DNA of 64,000 nucleotides from an uncultured Bacteroidota bacterium (GTDB lineage Bacteria; Bacteroidota; Ignavibacteria; UBA10030; UBA6906): NCBI GenBank assembly GCA_963700635.1, contig CAVOYH010000003.1, positions 576,001 to 640,000 of the forward strand, read 5' to 3'. Shown piece by piece: positions 57,221 to 64,000 of this stretch (position 1 is its first letter; each line of letters starts with the position of its first letter). The notes under the pieces were generated by a model. It saw only the letters and a program-made list of their open reading frames with translations, ran no database searches and was not told where the DNA came from. The position numbers and the translations under genes were made by a program.

Positions 57221-57991
57221 TCACTGAAGGGCACGGCGTGCTTCATGTAAGGGCACCACCGTGATGTGTCGTTTCTCAGTATCCAGTATCATACAACCGT
57301 TTGCACGTGACGTGCGTGCAACACAGGGGGCAACGATCCATTGGGGACCTTCGAACAGCTGTACTGTTCCAAACGGATGCAGAGTCATTGTATCTTCATT
57401 GACAATCAAACACCCCTCGGGATGCCCGTGCCCGGAAATTCCCAGGTCACAGCCCTGCTCACGGACGAATTGGAAATGTTTTTTCAGATGAAAAGCCTGA
57501 CTGGGAAAGAAGATCGCAGATCCGGATAGGTCGGGATAACAGAAGTGTGAAACGAGGCAGGAGAATCCATCAACCCGCAGACACTCCGTTTCCTCCAGGC
57601 CCTGGAGATACTCCAGCGAGGCCGGACTCAGCGCTGGAGGCAGTTCGTTGTCTTCATAGAGCCAGATTCGATTACGGGCCCTCTTTTCGCGGATCGTATA
57701 CGCAAGATCGTACCAGTTGGCACCGTATTCAAATCCAGCATTAAACCGGGGCACCCTTCGGATTGCGTACAGGTCGTGATTCCCCGCAACGGCAACACTA
57801 CACCGGCTGCGAATCTGGGCTATACATCCTTCCGCATCCCGGGCTCGAATGTATTGATAGAAAGGAAGGGCAAATCCGACGATGTCGCCAAGACAGACGA
57901 TCTTCTCACACTGGTATTGGGCCAGAACCTCCAGAGCGAGATTGAGGCTCACAATGTCTTCGTGTATATCCGCCAGAAACCCTACGATCAT
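57221..57991 (-). CDS. Calcineurin-like metallophosphoesterase
   Basis: ADIH, CLGDIVG, AGNHD, SH, SGHGH metal-binding motifs intact. Confidence 0.88.
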   Translation of the reverse strand: MIVGFLADIHEDIVSLNLALEVLAQYQCEKIVCLGDIVGFALPFYQYIRARDAEGCIAQIRSRCSVAVAGNHDLYAIRRVPRFNAGFEYGANWYDLAYTIREKRARNRIWLYEDNELPPALSPASLEYLQGLEETECLRVDGFSCLVSHFCYPDLSGSAIFFPSQAFHLKKHFQFVREQGCDLGISGHGHPEGCLIVNEDTMTLHPFGTVQLFEGPQWIVAPCVARTSRANGCMILDTEKRHITVVPLHEARRALQ

Positions 57992-58090
57992 GAGATTGCC
58001 GCGGCTGAGGTTGGTCTATCGCTGGAAAAACCTACAAAAGGGCATCCTGGTAAGCAAGCAAATACTCCCGAAGTCAGCGCAGGCATCGCG

Positions 58091-59281
58091 TCAAAACGGG
58101 CTTCGGACACTTCTTGCCTTCCTCGTAACCTTCGGCGTAAACTCCTTACCCGCGTCCCTCCGCAAGCCAAAGTAGTGCTGGATGGCCCGGACGGTCCGTT
58201 CCGACGCACGGCCATCACCGTACGGATTAACAGCGGTTGCCATCCGTTCGTACGCCGCCTGGTCGTCCAGCAACCGCCGCGCATTAGTATAAATCTTCTC
58301 TTGATCCACACCGACCAGTTTTACGGTGCCAGAGCGGACGGCTTCAGGGCGTTCAGTCTTGTCGCGAAGAACAAGAACCGGTATCCCCAGGGAGGGCCCC
58401 TCTTCCTGGACTCCACCTGAATCACTGATGAGCAGATACGCACGTGCCATCACATGCACAAAATCCATATAGTCAAGCGGCTCCATTAACACAACATTGG
58501 GCACGTTCTTGAGAACCGGCATAACCGCTTCCCGTACCATGGGGTTTTTGTGGACCGGGAAGAGAACAAGGGTATCGGGTGATTCCCGGGCAATCCGCCG
58601 CAGCGCCAGGGCAGCACCCTGCATGGGCTCACCCCAATTCTCCCGCCGGTGCATGGTCACCAGAATGATACGACGCTCGTCGGACGCTGCACGCCGCAAC
58701 GCAGAGGTGCTGAAAGTATGTTTCTTTCTCACAGCGAGGTGTAACGCATCAATCACGGAGTTTCCTGTGATCCGAATGGACGACGCAGGGACATGTTCAC
58801 GCAGGAGTGCTTGCCGCGCAGTTGCGGTGGGTGCAAAATGCAGGTCGGCGATCACACTCGTGAGCCTCCTGTTCATTTCTTCCGGAAACGGCTGGCTCTT
58901 GTCGTGTGTGCGTAAGCCGGCCTCCACGTGACCGACCGGGATGTGCCGGAAAAAGGCCGCCAGACTCCCGACAAACGTCGTGAGTGTGTCACCCTGGACC
59001 AGCACCATCTCGGGCCGTTCCTCGACCATGATACGATCCAGCGTTTCAATGGCGTTGCGCGTAATTTGCGCAAGTGTCTGCCGCGGTCGCATGATGTTCA
59101 GGTCGTGGTCCGGCGTAATCCGGAACACATCCAGCACCTGATCCAGCATGTGCCGGTGTTGCGCCGTTGCTATCGTGACCACGCGGCACCACGTGCGCTC
59201 TTCTCGCAAGCGGAGGATGATAGGAGCAAGCTTGATTGTATCCGGCCGGGTTCCAAAGATCACAGCGATGGTTTTTTTCAT
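58091..59281 (-). CDS. wecB: UDP-N-acetylglucosamine 2-epimerase (non-hydrolysing)
   Basis: FGTRP..IKLAP, T.QH, VQGDT, HVEAGLRT, PFPEE.NR, HRRENWG, DSGGVQEE, TERPE, NPYGDG.AS. Confidence 0.95.
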   Translation of the reverse strand: MKKTIAVIFGTRPDTIKLAPIILRLREERTWCRVVTIATAQHRHMLDQVLDVFRITPDHDLNIMRPRQTLAQITRNAIETLDRIMVEERPEMVLVQGDTLTTFVGSLAAFFRHIPVGHVEAGLRTHDKSQPFPEEMNRRLTSVIADLHFAPTATARQALLREHVPASSIRITGNSVIDALHLAVRKKHTFSTSALRRAASDERRIILVTMHRRENWGEPMQGAALALRRIARESPDTLVLFPVHKNPMVREAVMPVLKNVPNVVLMEPLDYMDFVHVMARAYLLISDSGGVQEEGPSLGIPVLVLRDKTERPEAVRSGTVKLVGVDQEKIYTNARRLLDDQAAYERMATAVNPYGDGRASERTVRAIQHYFGLRRDAGKEFTPKVTRKARSVRSPF

Positions 59282-59564
59282 CGGCTTTCGTGAGATGATG
59301 GCCACGAGTAAAGAAGATCACCCTTGTGTTGTCGGAAAATGTCACGCCGTAAAAATACGGAAGATACAGGAGAAATGCGCAGGAATGTACAACGAGTGGT
59401 ATTGTGGCTCACTGCGGGCAACGAGCAAAGACGCCCTGATTGCAGCAGTGATCCCGCAAAACTGTCTGCAACCACGGCGTCTTCGTGGCCGATCTTTGTT
59501 TTGTCTCGCCCCTCCACGGCCTGCATTTCTGGTTCAAGCGTCCGTTACAGGGTGGAAGGGTCGG

Positions 59565-60737
59565 TCAGAACGCGCTAACGAAGCCAACCGTGAATTTGTT
59601 CGCCTTGGCTTTCATGTCGTGCGTGAACTCACCAACAAGCCTGAAGTTCCGGGCGAGAAGGTATCCGACATGACCGGTTATGGTCTGATAGTCCAGGCCG
59701 GGAGCCTCGGAATCCACCCAGTTGTACAGGGCCGCTCCATACCAGCGCCCCTTATCGCCACCCGGCGTCACCGTCAGTTCCCCAAAAGCACCGCGTGTTT
59801 TTATCCGGTTTCCGGCGGACAGATAGAAGGGGTTATCGTCGCGTCGTTCCATGTATTGCACGTTCAGTTCGACAGATTCTACTGAGACGGTGAAGTCCGG
59901 TCCGGCCATCCAGAGTGAATTTGTTCTGTCGCCGTCAGCTTCACGGCCCCAATACCCAAACACCCCGAGACGGAAATGTTCGCCGAGATCCTGTGAAAGC
60001 CGCAATGCGGTGTTCTTGTATTTGTCGTTGTCAAAATTTCGCGCCGCATCTGCTGAACCGATGCCCGAGCCGTTCAGCACTTCCACTATGATGTCTGTAC
60101 CCGTGGGGAAACCATACGTGAGCATGATCCCGCGGTCGTATGTGAGATTTGCGGAGGATCTTCCAGGTTTCACTCGGTAGATCTGGTAATCCTCCAGCGT
60201 CAGGCGTAATTCCCGTTTGAACAGGGGGTCTGACACCTGAAACTGCCCCAGGTAGACGTCCAGTTCACTCTTGAAGAGATTGTTGAACATGACGAATGCG
60301 TCCTCGAGCCCGGCCACCTCGCCCCGTTCACCAAAAAAGAAATAGAAATAGTACGACACATCCTTGGCGATCTGGCCGCCCGAAAGCAGTTTCACCAGGT
60401 ACGGCCATTGTATGTCTGTCCGTCCCACCGATCCCGGTTGCCAGCGCGCATATCCCTCAAGGCGGACTGCAAACGGCAGTTCACGCAACAGCATGAGTTG
60501 ATCATCTCCGGTTTCGCGGTATTCCCGCGGCGCATCTTTGTCAGCCAGAACAAAACCGTTCCCGGCAAATTCGTCGCCGTACGGTTTGAGTTTCGGAGCA
60601 GGAAGATGGCAGGTGTTGCATGACATGTTGTATTTCCGGGCAAATGCGGGAATTGCACATGCGTCCGAAACGCTGAGGGCAAGAAAGCCCGCGGCCAGAA
60701 CCACTGACCCAAGATATCTGCTCATTGTTGTACTCAT
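59565..60737 (-). CDS. Cyc2-like monoheme cytochrome c fused to an outer-membrane beta-barrel
   Basis: Signal peptide then AIPAFARKYNMSCNTCHLPAPKLKPYGDEF...NGF; beta-strand-rich body ending in FTVGFVSAF. Confidence 0.75.
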   Translation of the reverse strand: MSTTMSRYLGSVVLAAGFLALSVSDACAIPAFARKYNMSCNTCHLPAPKLKPYGDEFAGNGFVLADKDAPREYRETGDDQLMLLRELPFAVRLEGYARWQPGSVGRTDIQWPYLVKLLSGGQIAKDVSYYFYFFFGERGEVAGLEDAFVMFNNLFKSELDVYLGQFQVSDPLFKRELRLTLEDYQIYRVKPGRSSANLTYDRGIMLTYGFPTGTDIIVEVLNGSGIGSADAARNFDNDKYKNTALRLSQDLGEHFRLGVFGYWGREADGDRTNSLWMAGPDFTVSVESVELNVQYMERRDDNPFYLSAGNRIKTRGAFGELTVTPGGDKGRWYGAALYNWVDSEAPGLDYQTITGHVGYLLARNFRLVGEFTHDMKAKANKFTVGFVSAF

Positions 60738-62083
60738 GGCAATATGGTCACCTGTGTGGAATGGGTATTAACTTCAATGATCTCCGCTTCTTCCATGGGA
60801 ACACCGAGGAATTCTGCGACCGGGGCGGGAAGTTTCTGATAGTTCACGGTCGCCTTCACCGCCAGCGGCCCCGGTGCGCATTGTATCGGGACCGTCCAGG
60901 TAAAGGTCTCGAGTTTTGTTTCGCGCGGGCCAATCCGGTAATCGGTGGACTGAGACGCAGTATTCCATTGCATGATGGTCATGCGGCCCTGGGGATCAAG
61001 ATACGGAAGGCGGAAGATCCTGTCTCCCAAAGGGATACCGTCGCGCTGGATCCCCTTGAAGTCGGGAATGTCCAGCGGAATGCCCATGTCCTGATAGGCA
61101 AGAGTATTTGCAGCGATTGTGTATTCCTCTCCGGCAAATCCCTTCTTGTCAACCGGCAAGTGATAGACCGTTCCTTTTGCATCCACCGCTTCCACATGCA
61201 ACCACACCATCCGCTCTTCGGCGGAACCGGAGGGGAATTTGTGGCCGGTCTTCTGATTAAAGAGCGCAACGGTAAACTTCATCCGTTCGCCCGGCTCGAG
61301 CTCACGAATATCCGGATGAATCCGGACCTCGATGGTGCCCCGTACTTTGCCGGGATCATGAGCGCCATGAAACAGATGCTGCCATGCATCAGTGACCGTC
61401 TCGCCCATTTCAGCCAGCTTTCCCTGAGCCTTTGTCATGTGACAGTCATGGCACCGCACACCCTCCTTGGCATACGGTCCTTCTTTCCATTCAAGGTGCG
61501 TGGACTTCACCCACACTCCATACGGGCTTTTTTCATTGTGGCAGGTTCCACAAAACTCGGCCTTTGTAATAAACTCTGATTTTTGGGTTTCGTGTGATGG
61601 AGACTCCAGATTGCCCCTGCGTCCGTATTTAACGGCGCCGGGCTCGGAATAGTAGTTGAAGTTGAACGGGATGTCACCTGAAAAGCCCGTGATCGTGTGG
61701 CACACGTCGCACGAAACCGATTCGTTTGCCCGGCTATTCTCCTCCGGCTTCGGGGGCGGCACATCACCCGCAAGAAAAGCCATCGGGGAATGACAACCGT
61801 TACATCCGGCTTTCACCTCGGCAACCTTGGGATCTTTTTCTGCATGCGGTACGGCCAATTTGAAATACTCTATCTCATCCCAATGATGGGTGTAGGCCTG
61901 CGACATCATTGACTGGCTCCACTGCTGATAAAAATCCACGTGACACGATGCGCCACAGAACTCAGGCTTCTCAAACTGTTCATATTTTTTAGAACCCAGC
62001 GCTTCATCTCCAGCCTTTTTCTGCTGCGCGAAGCCGGCGGAACACAATGCCGAAACAATCAAGAACACCATGATCTTTCTCAT
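60734..62083 (-). CDS. Periplasmic multiheme cytochrome c (c554-like domain plus beta-rich C-terminal domain)
   Basis: Signal peptide from ATG 62083; CGASCH (CX3CH), CNGCH, CDVCH, CGTCH, CHDCH; N...GH.FPSG...R. Confidence 0.85.
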   Translation of the reverse strand: MRKIMVFLIVSALCSAGFAQQKKAGDEALGSKKYEQFEKPEFCGASCHVDFYQQWSQSMMSQAYTHHWDEIEYFKLAVPHAEKDPKVAEVKAGCNGCHSPMAFLAGDVPPPKPEENSRANESVSCDVCHTITGFSGDIPFNFNYYSEPGAVKYGRRGNLESPSHETQKSEFITKAEFCGTCHNEKSPYGVWVKSTHLEWKEGPYAKEGVRCHDCHMTKAQGKLAEMGETVTDAWQHLFHGAHDPGKVRGTIEVRIHPDIRELEPGERMKFTVALFNQKTGHKFPSGSAEERMVWLHVEAVDAKGTVYHLPVDKKGFAGEEYTIAANTLAYQDMGIPLDIPDFKGIQRDGIPLGDRIFRLPYLDPQGRMTIMQWNTASQSTDYRIGPRETKLETFTWTVPIQCAPGPLAVKATVNYQKLPAPVAEFLGVPMEEAEIIEVNTHSTQVTILP

Positions 62084-62459
62084 TCGGGGTGGCCTCTCAT
62101 CAATAGGTGGTGGGATGCTTGATGGGAAAGGGTTAATGTAAAATATGACACAAAGCAAGTGCCAGAGCGAAACGGCAAATTCACTAAAAAAAGCCCATGA
62201 TCTGTCCGCCAGATCCGGCAGGATTCGCAAACTTGAGAATATTCGTGCGGCTGAGGCCCGTGCGAAGGAGATTGCGGTTGTAGGAAACCAGGAGTGTGAA
62301 TGAGAGATTTTGCTGGATCGGGCCCGGAAGCCGGGCTCCATCATCTCCGAATCCGCAACGGAGTGCCGGTGATGGTCGGTGCGACCACGTGCGTGAACCG
62401 GAAGCACCTCCCGGGTCTTCCAGCCCCGCGGGTTATTCCGTCGGGGCGGAGAAACCGCG

Positions 62460-63350
62460 TTACTTTGTGTCCAGAATAATCGGGAGCCCGTCTTTCCCCG
62501 ATCCAACGATCACAACTTTTGTATTCGGTGAGCTGGAGAGTTTTTCGGTTGCTTCGATCCCTTTCCACCTCAACAGTTGTTCGCTGATCCCCGCGGCAAC
62601 AATTGTCTGGAAATCGGCAATACCTTTCGCTTCAATCCGCTTCCGGTCTGCTTCCTGACGTTCTTTTAACAGGATGAACTCCATCCGTTGGGCTTCCTGA
62701 TCCGCACGCTGTTTCTGTTCGATTGCTTCCGTCAGCTGTGACGGGAGTGATACATTCCGGAGGGGTGTGGCTTCGATGAGTACGCCCCGCACGGCCACGG
62801 TTCGGGCCAGTTCTTCCTGTATTGCCGATCCGAGGCGTTCACGTTCCGTGGAATAGAGAGCGCTGGCCTGGAAACTGGCCGTGACAGACCGACTGTGAGA
62901 CCGGAACTGCGGAATTAGGACGATGGTCTCGTAATCACCGCCGGCAATTGTCTGATATACCCGCGCTGCCGAGTCGGGATTCAAGCGGTAGAGCACGCTG
63001 ATTTCCAGTCCGATGGTGAGCCCTTCACGCGAAAGCACCTGCATCGCTTCCTTGTGCTCCTGAGTTTGCGTCGTGAATTTGTGAACGCGGGCAAGCGGAT
63101 TCACCAAATTGATGCCGGGCGGTAATGTCCTTTCCGACACGATCCCGAAAACGTCAACTACCCCAACGTGTCCGGCCGGAACCTGCGTAAAGATCTGTGA
63201 GATTGCCAGCAGGCTGAAGACGACGAGCCCGAGCAATGACATGCTGACGAGAGAACGGAAGGACGGATTGTTTTCCTTCACCTTACGTGCAGCGCCGCGC
63301 CACGCGAAAAGCGCAACGATGACAACCAGAATACTCAGAATAAACAGCAT
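62460..63350 (-). CDS. Prohibitin/SPFH (band 7) family protein
   Basis: VPAGHVGV...FG, S.EGL.I....SV.YRL, LRNV.LP, AIE.KQ, EA.RKRIEA.G.A, GLPIIL. Confidence 0.92.
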   Translation of the reverse strand: MLFILSILVVIVALFAWRGAARKVKENNPSFRSLVSMSLLGLVVFSLLAISQIFTQVPAGHVGVVDVFGIVSERTLPPGINLVNPLARVHKFTTQTQEHKEAMQVLSREGLTIGLEISVLYRLNPDSAARVYQTIAGGDYETIVLIPQFRSHSRSVTASFQASALYSTERERLGSAIQEELARTVAVRGVLIEATPLRNVSLPSQLTEAIEQKQRADQEAQRMEFILLKERQEADRKRIEAKGIADFQTIVAAGISEQLLRWKGIEATEKLSSSPNTKVVIVGSGKDGLPIILDTK

Positions 63351-63423
63351 ACAGACTCTCCCTGTATATGGGACAAGTGAATGTTTCGGTGTAAGGGCAA
63401 GAGAAATACACGCGGGCGGACAC

Positions 63424-64000
63424 CTACCCCGGTGTACGCCGGACCACAAGAATCGTCATGTCATCTGCAGCCGGTTCGGCTCCCTGATGTGCGGTGACAG
63501 CGGCAAGGATGGCATCCCTGATCTCCGCTGCGGACTTGTTCCGGTGTGTCTCAAGAGTATCTACCAGCCGTTTCTCGCCGAGCAGTTCCTGACGATCGTT
63601 GGTGGCTTCGGGGATGCCGTCGGTATAGAGCACCATCACATCACCCGGACTCAGGGTGACCGTGTCCTCATCAAATGTAACACGATCAAGAATCCCAAGC
63701 AAGGTCCCTCCTGTCGAAAGGTACCGGAGAGGCCGGATTGAGGAAGAGAGGATGGGCGGGTTGTGCCCTGCGTTGCTATAATAAAACGTATGGTTCCGCG
63801 TGTCAAGAATTCCATAGACGAGCGTCACAAACTTCTCGGGGGATGTGCTGAGGACCAGGCGTTCATTCAACATGGCAATGCAGGACGACGCGCTCGCCGT
63901 CTCGTGCGCGACATCGCGGACGGATGCCTGAATGTGTGCCATCAATAATGCTGCGGGAAGGCCTTTGCCGGACACATCGCCCATGCTGAGTGCAATCCGG
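63424..64000 (-). CDS. SpoIIE/RsbU-type PP2C phosphatase, C-terminal part (start lies outside window)
   Basis: GDVSGKGLPAALLM, KFVTL, NAGHNPP, LYTDGI.EA, DDMT. Confidence 0.92.
   Translation of the reverse strand, partial: RIALSMGDVSGKGLPAALLMAHIQASVRDVAHETASASSCIAMLNERLVLSTSPEKFVTLVYGILDTRNHTFYYSNAGHNPPILSSSIRPLRYLSTGGTLLGILDRVTFDEDTVTLSPGDVMVLYTDGIPEATNDRQELLGEKRLVDTLETHRNKSAAEIRDAILAAVTAHQGAEPAADDMTILVVRRTPG

Noticed and set aside
62150-62164. Possible sigma54 site TGGCACTTGCTTTGT on the minus strand before the cytochrome operon
   Set aside because: The -12 element is GT rather than GC and a sigma70-type reading is equally possible; too ambiguous to call.
62084-62506. 140-aa N-terminal extension of the multiheme ORF in the ORF track
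   Set aside because: The signal peptide begins at ATG 62083; the extension crosses AT-rich promoter-like DNA and overlaps the prohibitin gene.
1-64000. CRISPR arrays, tRNA/rRNA, IS elements, prophage or defence genes
   Set aside because: No regularly spaced direct repeats, tRNA T-loop cloverleafs, or transposase, integrase or nuclease motifs seen by eye; short or degenerate elements could have been missed.

Overview
A gene-dense bacterial chromosomal segment with no rRNA, tRNA, CRISPR array, transposase or phage gene that I could recognise. Gene content and the use of Shine-Dalgarno and sigma70-like signals suggest an Ignavibacteria-like member of the Bacteroidota/Chlorobiota group (inference). 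From 1 to 39 kb it is mostly housekeeping: partial rnr, tamB, split heptose genes rfaE2/rfaE1, aroK, a PpiD/SurA-like PPIase, secD-secF, purA, a sensor kinase, family-5 UDG, an M16 peptidase pair, an M14 peptidase, a Ser/Thr pseudokinase, a frameshifted ggt, a TIGR03546/TIGR03545 pair, a coupled mutT-mutY-ogg(Ogg2-type) 8-oxoG repair operon and a cell-wall amidase. From 39.7 to 50.8 kb is a 15-gene sulfur-respiration island behind a sigma54-type promoter: Cys-rich MerR, psrABC-like molybdoenzyme, two YeeE halves, three rhodaneses, CMD, mobA, an unusual membrane-NTPase fusion, OsmC, a methyltransferase and DUF302. From 50.8 to 58 kb is an acetate-uptake module (yjcH-actP-DcaP porin) preceded by a transmembrane Cache-PAS-PAS-CBS-DUF294 nucleotidyltransferase and a metallophosphoesterase. 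This is my best candidate for an undescribed signalling system. From 59.5 to 62.1 kb a Cyc2-like cytochrome-porin is translationally coupled to a multiheme cytochrome. All calls come from reading motifs by eye; no database searches were run.
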